Below, in pieces: positions 14,846-26,915 of a stretch of DNA of 64,000 nucleotides. The stretch spans positions 50,842,001-50,906,000 of the forward strand of contig CM097885.1 of NCBI GenBank assembly GCA_044892525.1. Reading direction: 5' to 3'. Each line of letters starts with the position of its first letter. Position 1 is the first letter of the stretch. A program made the position numbers and the translations under genes. This DNA comes from Schmidtea polychroa. Its lineage: Eukaryota. The notes beneath the pieces are model-generated. The model was not told the origin of the DNA, made no database searches, and saw nothing but the letters and a program-made list of their open reading frames with translations.

Positions 14846-17179
14846 AACAAGTAACAACTAACAGATAATAACGCTCAGAAAATTAAAATAAGAATATATT
14901 AGTATTATTCATAACTTTAAATAAAAATATAATATATCTCCAAGAACCAATAAATCAATATAATTGTATAAATAGATAAATTAACAGATCACATCAAATT
15001 GTTAATAGTAAGTTATCACAATAATGTTTATTCTTTTCATCACATAGATACCATCATTATTGATTATTGTCCATATGTATATTTATTCTGTACCTATTTG
15101 TTCCTATTATGTAGTATTTGAGCTTCAAAGTCTTTAACTTTCTTCCATCTTCTAACACATGCACGAGGTATGCGAGTGGTTAACATCGCAAGATTTTATA
15201 ATAAGTCTACATCGACTATTTGCACAATATTAAAGAAGAAAAAAAATTAAGTGGACTATATGTAGCAAAAGGAGTCACACGACTATCAAAGCAACGGCTA
15301 TGTATTCTAGAAGATGTAGAAAGTTGCTTCTCGTGTGGATAAACGAGAAACAACTAACAGGTAAAACTGCTACGGAAAACTTTATCTGCGAGAAGGCAAA
15401 GATTTTGTACGCCGACCTTATAAGTAAATTGCCAGATACGTCGATAAGATACGAAGAAGGCTTCAAATCGAGCAGGTGCTGGTTTGACAACTTTGTAAAG
15501 AGAAGTAGTATCCATAGTGTTGTGCGACATGGAGAAGCGGCGAATTCGGACGTTAAGGCAGCAGAGACCTTCGCCACCGAATTTCGAAACTCATGATTTC
15601 CGAGGGTTAACTACCACAGCAAGTTTTTAACTGTCACGAGACAGGGCTTTTTGGAAAAAGATGCCAAAGTGGACTAACATTACTATTGAAGAGAATGCAA
15701 TGCCTGGCCACAAACCCATGAAAAACCATCCCATCCTCTTGTTTTGTGCTAATGCAAGCGGGGATTTTAAAATTAAGCCCTTGTTGGTGTACTTCTTGCC
15801 AGTTACAGAAGAATCAGATAAACGTTATGTGGAGGTCCAACAGCAAAGCTTGGGTCATTCCTATCTTGTTCGTTGAGTGGATCAATGAGGTCTTCGGTCC
15901 TACAGTGAAAAAATATTTTTTAGAAAATAATCTGCCACTCGAAGGTTTGCTAATTATGGACAATGCCCTCGACAAAGCCTCGTACAATCAAAGTCTCGAG
16001 GATATCTTACTGGAGGAATTCGAGTTCCTTAAGACGAAGTTCCTTCTTCCCAATACCACTCAACTACTTCAGCCCATGGATCAGTAAGTTATTTCTAACT
16101 TTAAAAAGCTTTACACCAAAGTATTATTTCAGTGATGCTTTGAGGTAACTGAAGGAACAAATCTTACCCTCCGAGAATTCTGGAAAAATAATTTTCACGT
16201 CGTAAAGTGTCTCAAAATCATAGATAAAGCTTGGAATGGGGTCACCAAGAGAACGCTCAATTCTGCATTGAGAAAACTGTTGCATTCTAGAAGATAGCTT
16301 TGAGGAGTTAACTCACGAAGAGGAACTAACAGTTCTTGATGAAATTTTCTCCTTGGGGAAGAAGATGAGACTGGAAGTAAATGAGGATGACATGGTCAAG
16401 AGCTGACCACTGACGAGCTAATGAATCTGCATAACGAGCAACAGCAAGTTTGTGGAGGAGATCTTGTGAGAGGAAGAAGAGAAAAAGGAGGAGGGATCAC
16501 TCACTTTAAATGAGATAAAATGTGTAAAATCTAGAAAACAGTCCAAAATGTTGTGGAAAATCACCACTCAAATAAGGCTGTGGCAGTGCGAGCAGTCCAA
16601 ACGCAAATTAATTGTGTGTATTATTTTTTTGTACCTATATGTATTCTTTTTATTTTGTAATAAACATTTTATTTGAATAAATCTTTTGTTGTGGAACGAA
16701 TCATTGCGGTTTCCATTATTTGTTATGAGTTATTCGCTTTGATATACGAGTGCTTCGGATTACAAGACGTTTCCGGAACGAATTAAGCTCGTTAACTGAG
16801 GTTCCACTGTATATTGGTTTATACAACCTTAAAATTTTGACTTAATAAGTAAGAAACACTTCACTTCGGATGAATTATTAAAAAATATTAATTATATAGT
16901 TAGAAACTAGAAAAATTCTAGAATATATTTAAACTTATAAACATGACCTTCCTAACAATTTATTTACATTTTAGAATCTAAAGTCTAGATGGAATTATAT
17001 TATTTAGTTTACTCCCAAGATTGTCATCCTGGTTTCTGTAGTAGATTTCAAAAACAGTGGAATTCAATGTAGGAACATAAAACTAATTCGTACAATATAT
17101 TCATTAAAAGCGACACCAAATTGACCAATCATAGAGATATCTGCTCCAGCAATCAAGGTTCTTTAGTTTCACTGTATTT

Positions 17180-18200
17180 TTGTGCAGCTCTATGATGCGG
17201 AATGGACCTTTGGATCTGAGTTTGAGGTTTGAAGAGTCGATTGTTCTTATAAATGAATGAGTTGCTAATGACAAAGACTGTTGTATATATGGTTTGTACG
17301 ACGTGAGTATGTAAATGACGGAATAGTATATAAGCTCAAAAAATGTTTGCGCGTGAGATTGATCTCGTCTAATGGTGAGTCACTGTATAGATCAATGAGT
17401 TAATTGGGCATGAAAGTGTTGGATCCAAACAAACGTTGTGAAGGAGACATACCGCTTTAACGATTGGGTGTGTTATGCCATCCTAATAAAACAAATGGTA
17501 ACGCTTTGACCCATGAAGCTGACGTCGAGAGTATTTTGAGGGATGTTTTCAAAGTCCGATAAGCGCGTTGTTTGCGGATGATAGGAGCAGCTGTTTAAGT
17601 GTTTGAAGCCGAGTCTGGATGTAAGATGTTCAAAAAGATCTTATTTGAATTGTGTTCCTTGGTCAGTGATGATAGAGGCTGGAATTCCATAACGTGAGAA
17701 CCAGTTTGATTCTAAAGCTTGTGCGACCATGTGAGCGGTGATGTCAAGGACAGGAACGGACTTGAACCAGTGTGTTTTCCAATCAATCATTGCCAGGATG
17801 TAACAAAATCCGTCGTCTACTGGGAGTTTGCCCACTAGGTCATCTCGAATCTCGAACTCGTTGGGAAAAGGGTGATTGGTGGTTTAATGTGTCGGTTCAC
17901 TTTGTATTGTTGGCAGCCTTCACATTCGGATCTCAATGTTTTACATCTTTGAATAATGAGAACCATGTGAATTTTTGGAGTAGGAGGTGGTATGCGGACT
18001 TAATTCCTGGATGGTGCAGGTTGAAAATGGCGAGAAATACTTCTTTCCGAAGCCAAGCGTGTAGAATTATATCATAATGCATGCCGTCTATTGATTGTAG
18101 CGAGTCTTTCGAGCAGATAGTGATCAGGAACTCGAGAACAAAGATGACGGGCAGTCATTCCAATGCATATGGCATCGCACCAATGACATAAATATTCATA
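17180..18200 (-). pseudogene. Gypsy/Ty3 integrase fragment
   Basis: rve core GKLPVDDGFCYILAMID...WFSRYGIPASIITDQGTQF and upstream zinc-binding region LRKEVFLAIFNLHHPGIK; frameshifted. Confidence 0.88.
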
Positions 18201-18550
18201 ACCAAGGTGGTTTCTAATTCTTGTTTTTTTAACTTCGTATTTGTTTGTGGATTTCAAATCTTACTTAGATGGTGGTCGGATCTTGGTTATGAATATTGCT
18301 CATACTGTTCGTCATCTTCGTTCTCAAGTTCCTGATCACTATTGACTGAAGGAATTTATTAATATTAGTAAACACAATTTTGTGAAAAATTTATTGATAT
18401 GTTGCTTGATTTCAACTTTTGTAAGTTTTGAAAGTTTTGAAAGTTTTAAAATTTTAAAATCTTTAAAGTTTGAATTGAAAAAACAGAATTTTGTGAATTT
18501 TTAGCAAAATTATATTTAAAAAATTAATATATTGTATTAAAACATATATG

Positions 18551-19382
18551 TGTTAGATTTGGTGTTTTTCGTTATATTTAACTCGATGCCATTATTTAGT
18601 GACTGTTATAAACAATAATATTTATTCGAAATTATCACGATTGCACTTTTCTTCTATTATACACCCTAATGAAACAATCTCCGTTTACACTTTAAACAAC
18701 TCTTTACTCTGCACACTTTTCAATTTCAACCTGAATCTTGTACTGGAATTAATCATCCAATAGGAGATGTCCCTTTCTAATACGCTGGATTCAAAACGAT
18801 TTAGTTAGCACTAAGTTAAATCCACCTTTGCGTCGTTTCGCTATACTAAAAGTTTTCTTTCTTCAACCTACTGGCAATTCTGTTTACTTGCCAATCGCTT
18901 TTAGACTCGTCTCGTAATATTATTATCTTTTTATCAAATTACTTTGGATACTTCTAGCAGGCCTTTCTCTTACCGACCTATTTAATATGGACAATTTATT
19001 CAATTTTTGATAGTTTGCTCCAATTTAATTATTCGTCGGTTAATTCTATTACATCTACCTAATTTGATTGACCATTTGGGTCCTCTCGCACTGCTAGGGT
19101 TTTCCATTGACTAGGGTTTTCTATTTGCTAATAATTTTTAATTAATTTTAGTTTTATCTGTAATTATTTCCTTCAAGGGACCCCCATTGACTTTATTTTT
19201 ATTATATTTGAACTCGTCTCATTATTTGACATCCGCTCATGCCAGTTTCTCCGGGAAAATATTCATTTTTTAATTTTTTGATTTTTTTAATTAATATTTT
19301 TATACTTTAAATTATTATTGTGAATTTGATATTTTTTTTGATTTTTACCTCGTTTTTGTGCTTCTCTCATTGAACCCCAACA
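18551..19382. mobile_element. solo-LTR-like element
   Basis: TGTT...CCCCAACA; collinear similarity with 61931-62795; no TSD. Confidence 0.6.
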
Positions 19383-20452
19383 AATCAAAGAATCATTTGA
19401 AACGAATGGTGGGTTACTGATGATCAAATATTTTGCTCCTTAGTGCTGTTACCAGCGTAACCCAGGATACAACATTGTTTACCGCTTGATACCCGTTGAG
19501 CGATCAACATTGGTACTGTATCAAGAGGGTGAGTGCTCGCAAAAGTGAGCGCACTACTCGTGCTGTAATTGTCGAGCACTCTTATGGGTCCACGGACTAT
19601 CGTTAGAATATATATGTCCGATTTACGCAGGTCCCTTATTATAATTACTTTCTCAAATATGCCTATACAAACTTTCTATCCTCAAACGATCATAAGTCAT
19701 CAGGAATCATACATTAATCTATTAAAACCTGTTCATACAATACCACATCTAAAATGTTTGAATATAAATTAAGTGAAACATAACCATAGTTTATTAAACA
19801 TACCTTAAGAAATTTTTGAGAATAATGAATTTAATTAGAAAATAATCAAAAAAAACAACTTAATAAACTGAAATAATAGAAATAATAAAGATAACATGCA
19901 TTCCCCATGATAACTTGATCAAAAGAAAATTTCAATTTAATTAAGTTAACTTAAAACCTATTTTAACATAATCCAAATATCACTTGTAAATTATGGGTAA
20001 TATTAATATATGAAGTTTAAATTCATTAAAATCATAAAAGTTCTTATGAAGAGTAAATAATTCTAATTTACTTAAATTTTAAATTTATAATATTCCTCAA
20101 ATGACCAAATTAACTTCCTAATATACTTGAATTCATTATGTTAAAATACTAGAAAAAGTTGGTAACTAATAATTTAAATAAAGTAATGGAATTTTGATTT
20201 CATTATTACTTTTTGTTTTGTTAAAGTTATTTAAAGTTATTTAATTTTCGTTGTTTTATTACAGTAATTGTAATTAATGTTAAATAATAATTTTCGAATA
20301 AATATATCAATATAATTTTAGTCAGTTTTGATATAATAATGTAAATAAATTAAAATATTAAATATTTATATCATAAACTTTTTAATAATATTTCAGTAAT
20401 ATTAGTATTTGACCGAATTTTCGAAACAATTACTATTGATCAATAATATATT

Positions 20453-20837
20453 ATGGCATCTCGAATGAGCAAAGATCGTTTGACAACACTAATGAGAAAA
20501 TTTAGAGATTTCCTTAGCAATCGAGTTTATAATAATTCAATGAGATACGAAGGTTTGATTGCCCCAAGGTCAGTTCCACCAGCTAATCTTCCTGGCGGAG
20601 TTCACCATAAGTTATCTGACAATGACTACTTAAAAAGAGATGCAAGAAATATAGTTGGCCATCCAACATTAATACATCAAAGTAATATGCAAGTCATTGA
20701 ACCAGGAAAAAAAACCTGAAACAGAAAATAAGGAATTACCCAAAAGTTTTCCAACTCCAGGAAATGTATTTCATTGGTATGGTCCATCAACTGAGCTCGA
20801 AGGACTTTGGTATAAATATGATTCAAAGAAAAAATGA
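20453..20837 (+). CDS. NDUFA7: NADH dehydrogenase 1 alpha subcomplex subunit 7 (B14.5a), intronless, with a frameshift at an A8 run
   Basis: Motif RYEGLIAPRSVPPANLPGGVHHKLSDNDYLKRDAR. The frame stops at 20719, but deleting one A in 20707-20714 gives KKPETENKELPKSFPTPGNVFHW...KKK* to 20837. AATAAA at 20864. Confidence 0.88.
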
Positions 20838-21313
20838 TGTAAAAAAATTTAGTGATTGAAATTAATAAATTTAGTTTACAATTGGATTTGGCTTTTTGAT
20901 TTGAGTTGAAAATAAATTTAATAAATTAATAAATTATTTTAATAAATTGCTTTAATAAATTATTTTATTTTTATTCTATTACCTTAAAGGGGTTGTGGCC
21001 ATTATACAACGTGGGGGTCTTGAGGGGGAAGGTTATTGTATTTTTATAAGGTTATTTTATAAATCTGTATATACATACACACATCCACATATATATACAT
21101 ATACACGCACACATACCTATATATGTATATAATTTAAATTAATAATATTGAGGTCGTTCTCCGGGGGGGGGGTTACTAAAAATAGATTTTAGTGGTTTTC
21201 GGTAATTTTATTGGAAGATAAGGCCATTGAAGCTAAATTTAGAGATAGGGGAATCCCAAAATCAATAATTTGTTTTATAATTTTATTTTCATGAAATAAA
21301 GATAATTATTTTA

Positions 21314-21540
<227 letters not shown>

Positions 21541-22094
21541 GTAAATTTATATTTTTATAAGATTACCACATATGGGAGGAGGGGTCATTTACGAAAAATT
21601 ATGAATTTATAATTTTAAATGAAATGTAATTTAACTGTCTATGAATGTGATATAATTCAGTATACCTACGTAATAGTTAATGGCTACATAATTTGTGGAG
21701 GTCGGTTAAATAAAAAATACAAGTTATATTTTTAAAGGTAATATAAGTTGAATATATCTGAAAACAAATTAAATTAGCACTTTTGGGTAATCATTAATGA
21801 CTATATGATCTGAGGGGGTCATTTGTGAAAATGGACCACTTATATTTTTAAATATAATATAAGTTAAATATATATTAAGATAAGCTAATTTAGTATATTT
21901 AGGTGGTAGTTGATGACTATATGGTTTGTGGGGGGGGGTTCCTTGATGAAAAATTTTCAATTGTAATTTTAAAGGTAATCTAAGTTAAGGATATATATTA
22001 AATAGTCTAATGAGTGTATCAGGTAGTGGTTGATGGTTATGGTGGGTTACTGATGATCAAATATCTTGCTCTTTAGTGCTGTTACCAGCGTAAC

Positions 22095-22245
22095 CCAGCA
22101 TGCAACATTATTTTCCACTTGGTACCCGTTGAGTAATCAACGTTAGTGCTGTACCAAGGGGTTGAGTACTCGCAAAAAGTGAGCGCGTTGAGAGCACTAT
22201 AATTGTCGAGTACTCCATGGGTTCACGGACGGCCGATAGAAGGCG
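22095..22245 (-). ncRNA. conserved LTR module 2 (covarying RNA structure); copies at 19480-19605 (-), 46848-46985 (-), 13925-14065 (+)
   Basis: Three helices with compensatory changes across the copies and conserved single-stranded motifs (GCTCAC, AGYACYAA bulge). Confidence 0.65.
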
Positions 22246-22429
22246 TGTGTCCAATTTATTTCGGTCCCTTATCGAGATTGCTTTCCCAAACTCTTTTCTG
22301 TCAACCATCTTGCTCTGGACAATCACCAAATTTAATCACATACTCATCAGTCAATGAAAGTATTTATTTAAATACTACAATATCACAATGTCGGTTTCAC
22401 CCAGGAGGGGTCACACTCTCAAACATTCC

Positions 22430-23526
22430 TCAGTATCGTGGAGTGGCTGCAGACTCTTTCAATTTTTCTCGCGTATTTCGCCCTAGCCGTTTACGTTTTG
22501 GCTTGCTTGCCTGAACTGGTGGGTATATCTTGGCCAGCTCCACGGGAAGTGGACGAATCTGCTCTCGGAGGGTGTCCTGGATGAACCTTTCGTTCAATCT
22601 ACCCTCGAGCGTGCGCACTTGTAACTTCAGTGCTCGGATTTCGAGTTGATCCTGCTCCGCCTGGGTCTGGAGTTGCGAGATGTGTGTTGTTCGTTTCTTC
22701 ATCTCAGCAGGACTGAACCAAGTACCTTCGAGTTCTCGGCACTTGACTTTGAGCTTCTCGACCCGACTTCGGAGGTCTTCGGCTTGTTGCTGGGCCTGTT
22801 CGCGGTCCTTGCGTAGATTTTCGAGTAATTTGTACACTGAAGGAAAACAATAATAAAATTTCATCGCTCGCTTCTGTGTGCGTAAAGGTGATTCGATTAA
22901 TTGCATAAAATTAATAGGTGAAGGATGGGGAGGGCCACCTCAATCCTGGAGACACCCCATAAGTTATAAGGCCCAACTGTAATAACCGAAAGATAATTTA
23001 TTATATGAAGAAGACACATGACAAACTATAATGTTAAAAATTTCAATACCAAAAAAAAATTCTACAATTTGTCATACTAGCTACTAATGAAGTCAAACGC
23101 AAACACAATCTCATTAGTTCAAATTAGTCAAATAGTTTTGTTCCAGTTACCACTACCGGCGGATCAGGCAGGGTTCTTACGGGGCCTCCCTCGATTTCGT
23201 GGAGGGGTATCTATCTCTTCCAGCTCTTCGAGGGTTACTCCCTCTGCCTCGGCTCTGAGCTGGAGCCCGATTTTCTTCAGCCGCATCTGGGCAGCTTCTA
23301 CCTCGATAGCCGCTCGATCGCGGGCTTCTCGTAGCAGATTGTTAGTGGGCTCTGCTTTCACCCACGCCGGGGCATCGGGCTCTGGGCCACTTCGGATGAC
23401 CGGGCCATAATTATCCAGGTCCAGCCCCCGGTTCCAATCATGAATCCGGTACCAGATGTACCGGGTCCGGAGCCGCGTGATCATCTGCCTGTATTCCGCT
23501 TCGTCGGGTCCACTTGTTTGAGACAT
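22430..23526 (-). CDS. two-exon AT-hook + coiled-coil protein gene with one in-frame TGA (possible pseudogene)
   Basis: Acceptor AG just before ATG 23526; exons 23526-23151 and 22836-22430, joined in frame by a GT-AG intron (23150-22837). Motifs RGRPRK, heptad-rich LRKDREQAQQQAEDLRSRVEKLKVKCRELE and basic KPKRKR. TGA at 23166-23164. Markedly more GC-rich than the flanks. Confidence 0.7.
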
Positions 23527-24949
23527 TCTGTTATTAAATAAGCCCAATTAAAGGAGATATTAGTATCAAATTTTTTGGTAGATTCGGAATTTCGTTTCTA
23601 TGGTTTATCCATTCGATTAAGTCGCAAAAATGATGAGTGGGTCAATTTGTGGATCGTCTTATCATAATCTGCGTTATAGATTGGGGAAAAATTATGGATT
23701 TTGCAAAATTAAGCATATATTGATTTAAATCTCGGTTATTAATCCGTTATGTAATTTATAAATTAAAAATTTTCTTTTTCCACTGTTAAACCAGTACCGC
23801 AAATACTCTACCAAATTCACAATTAAATACATTTACAAAAAAAATAGTTTCTAAAGACTAAACCTTATTTGACCGTGTTAATTACAGAAAATCAACTTTT
23901 ATATTTTTTAAAAATTTGCACTTTGTTTATCTATCTTAATTATTGAAAATTCCATGCTTTATTTTTAATTTTTGTTATGTCATCGACATAATATTTCTAT
24001 TTTATACTAATTATTTAACTACTGAATCAACCAGCTCCGTCGGTGCTAGGTGAGCTGCTGGAACCTAGTTTCCCACCTCATCCTCACTTAGACCGGGTTG
24101 TCATATTCAGTGTGACCGTTTATTTTTGTTTTTATACGAATTTTAGGTTGTTTGGTCCATTTCCGGACGAATATCAATATAAACGCTACGGCGATGTTGG
24201 AATCACAAATGCCTCTTAGCTTATCCGGAATCGTGGATTTATACCCATCTTTACATGAAATTCCAATGCCGAGTTCGCATCGGTGGCGTTCTCCCTGTTG
24301 GTTTCCTCCTAAAGAAGACTATCAGCTTACTCATGGCTGCGTATTTTGGTTGGAATTTTAATCTCTACACTCGTGCACTGAATGCTTGGATATGTAATTT
24401 TTCATTTTTCCAGGGAAGCTAAATTTTGTGGTGCAAATCTGATTTTATATTAACAATTATAGCGACTAATTTGTGGATACAGTAAGGGGAATTATGATGA
24501 TATTCAGGATAACGGTAATTATGGTATGAAGAAACGGTAACAATGTTAAGGGGAAATGTTACCAGCGATGATAATATTAGTAATTTTGCCGACCACCCTA
24601 CCCATTCTCGGCCCGATAGCGCTGATGTTAGCCTTGATAGTAATAACTTGGGAATGATAGTGATAATAATAACAGTGCTAGTGAAGATCTTAATAATAAC
24701 GAATGCTAATACTTGTTTTGCGAGGCTAAGCTAGTATACAATGATATCCTCAAATAAATTTTTTGCGTTTTAGGAACAGCACTTATTTATGGATTATAAT
24801 TATTCCTTAATTGATAGATGAAATTTATAATATAGGTAATTATGGATTATATTCTGAAGAGAAATAAACAAAATAACAGTTCATAATTTAGGTAGTCTTA
24901 AAGTAGGTTCCAGTCAAAATACAAACTTATAATTAACATCCTTACACAT

Positions 24950-26450
24950 AATTTTATAGTACTATTTATGATTTATATTTCAACCCAGGTCCGTTCATAA
25001 TTTATATATAATTATTCATGGTTTCATTTTATAATCTAGTGCATTTGTAACTTTATATAACTATCTAGAATTCGTGCCTTTTAAGATCAGAAGTTATACA
25101 TGACTGTTTATAATTAGTAATTTATAGTCAAACTACATTTATAATTTATATATTACTAGTTATAAATTATATTTTTATAATCCAAATTTATATATAATCA
25201 TTTATAATTTATATTTTTGTAAGTAAAATTTATTCGTAACTATTTATACTTTATATTTTATAATCAAAATTTTTATATAATTATTTATAATTTATAATTT
25301 TGTAAGTAAAGTGTATCCCTAACTATTTATAGTTTATATTTTTTTAAGGTCCGTGTACCTATATAATTATATCTAACTATTTATAATTTATATTCTTAAA
25401 CCCAAATTTATACATAACTATTTAGAAATTATATTTTCATAGCCAAAATTTTACGTATAACCATTTGTAGATCGTATTTTATAATTAAGATACATTGATA
25501 ATTTATATATAACCATTTATACTTTATATTTTTAGATTCAGATTTGTATATAACTATTGATAAGTTATATTTTTATAAAATTTTAGGTATAATTCTTTAT
25601 AGATTATATTTTAATAATTTACATATAACTATTTATACATTATATTTCTAAATTCAGAGTTATATATAACTATTTATAAATTATATTTCTATAATTAAAA
25701 TTTTATGTATAATTATTTTTAGATTGTATTTTTATAATTAAGATAACCATTTATCAGTTATACTTAATAATCGAGATACAGTTACCATTTATATGTCGTA
25801 TTTTGGATTTAGGGCTTATATTTTATTATCACCATACATATACAATCTATACATAGCCTCTCATATTTATAAGTCAGGTTTCAAAATTAGCATAAGATTA
25901 TATTTTATAATTCGAGTCTTTATAAGTTATATTTTTAGGCTGAGATATTTGCACGTTCTATATAAAATTATAGTTTTTAATCTAGATTTTCTTAGCTGAT
26001 ATAATTATAGTTTCCAGTTTGGACATTAGGGGATAAAGCATAAGGCTATAAAGTATGATTATATACATTTATAAATTATGATTTTAACTCGGAATCTGAG
26101 AATGCTAGATTTAAAATCGATTATGTTTTATGATCGTCTGTCTATGAGTTATACTTATACAACTTAGTAAAGCATTATATATAATCAGAAATTGCATTTT
26201 AACTTGCCAATACTTTATAGTTGGCCATTTATCAATAAAAATTATAATACTTCAACTCGATGATCAGGGTGCATTTATAATTTGTCTACAACAATTTGAG
26301 ATTTATAATTGATATTAGTATAAATTCCTATTTCATATAACTATTTTAGGGTGACCACTTAAATCGATATAGGTCTATAATTTATATTTGGAGGAGGTTA
26401 AACTTGTGATATAAATATACATATTAGATTCATTAGTCCTATAATTAATT
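24950..26450. repeat. degenerate AT-rich tandem repeats (TTTATAATTTATATTTTT-like) inside the inner giant LTR; counterpart at 28200-28850 in the outer LTR
   Basis: Recurring ATAACTATTTATA / TTTATAATTTATATTTT units at the equivalent position in both LTRs. Confidence 0.7.
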
Positions 26451-26733
26451 CGATGACCTACTCAACTTATAGATTACGTCCTACCTATACGTATGCCGAA
26501 CACCTTTATGAGAATTATTTCAAATACTTTAATCACTAATAAATTTTATTTTACATTTATCTAAATTCGGCAAACGCATAAGCATAACTGAAATCTCTAT
26601 TGATGTTCACCCGACTACATTACTAAATTGTAGAATTGTATAAGTTTGGGTCTGAGTTCTACTCAAATTAGGATCCTAGTGTTAAGTAGTGTATGAAATT
26701 TTTAGTGTTGATTTTAATTGTGTACTGCTCTTG

Positions 26734-26915
26734 AAGTCGGGAAGAGTGCTTGCTTACACGGCCCCACTGTGACCGCTACGACAAGCCTTACTGTTATGTA
26801 GAGTCGAAACATACCGTTGTCGACCGATAATAAATAGTTGGAGCCATAGCAGAGGGGTTTTATCGACACAACTCCATGGCAGAATCATGAAATGGACGAC
26901 CTCCGATGACCGAAA
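26734..26915 (-). ncRNA. conserved LTR module 1 (putative structured RNA); second copy at 29175-29353
   Basis: 57 nt identical (26734-26790 = 29175-29231) plus a second conserved block, amid diverged flanks; hairpins such as CTTCATGG/CCATGGAG on the minus strand. Confidence 0.5.

Larger units (their letters stand above)
11303..15157. mobile_element. LTR-like insertion in the Tigger transposase (itself hosting a solo LTR)
   Basis: TGTT...AACA termini exactly where the transposase frame breaks and resumes; TSD CATT/CATG (3/4). Confidence 0.7.
10974..16809 (+). mobile_element. Tigger/pogo DNA transposon, degenerate, split by nested LTR insertions
   Basis: Imperfect TIRs CAGTAAAACCT (10974) and GAGGTTCCACTG+TA (16809). 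Transposase starts at ATG 11210 (MAPKKK...VKKEIIEKH) and resumes at ~15161 (ARGMRVVNIARFYNKSTSTICTILK), continuing through CENP-B HTH and DDE_1 motifs (LLIMDNA, FLLPNTTQLLQPMDQ) with stops and frameshifts. Confidence 0.9.

Noticed and set aside
19418..19470. CTGATGA at the giant-LTR terminus (also 22050) as a hammerhead ribozyme core
   Set aside because: No stem II followed by GAAA and no stems I/III; it also lies on the antisense strand of the LTR.
26750..26790. Module 1 as an HDV-like or twister ribozyme (ACG GCCCCAC TGT; GACAAGCC)
   Set aside because: The required P1, P1.1 GG and pseudoknot partners could not be placed.
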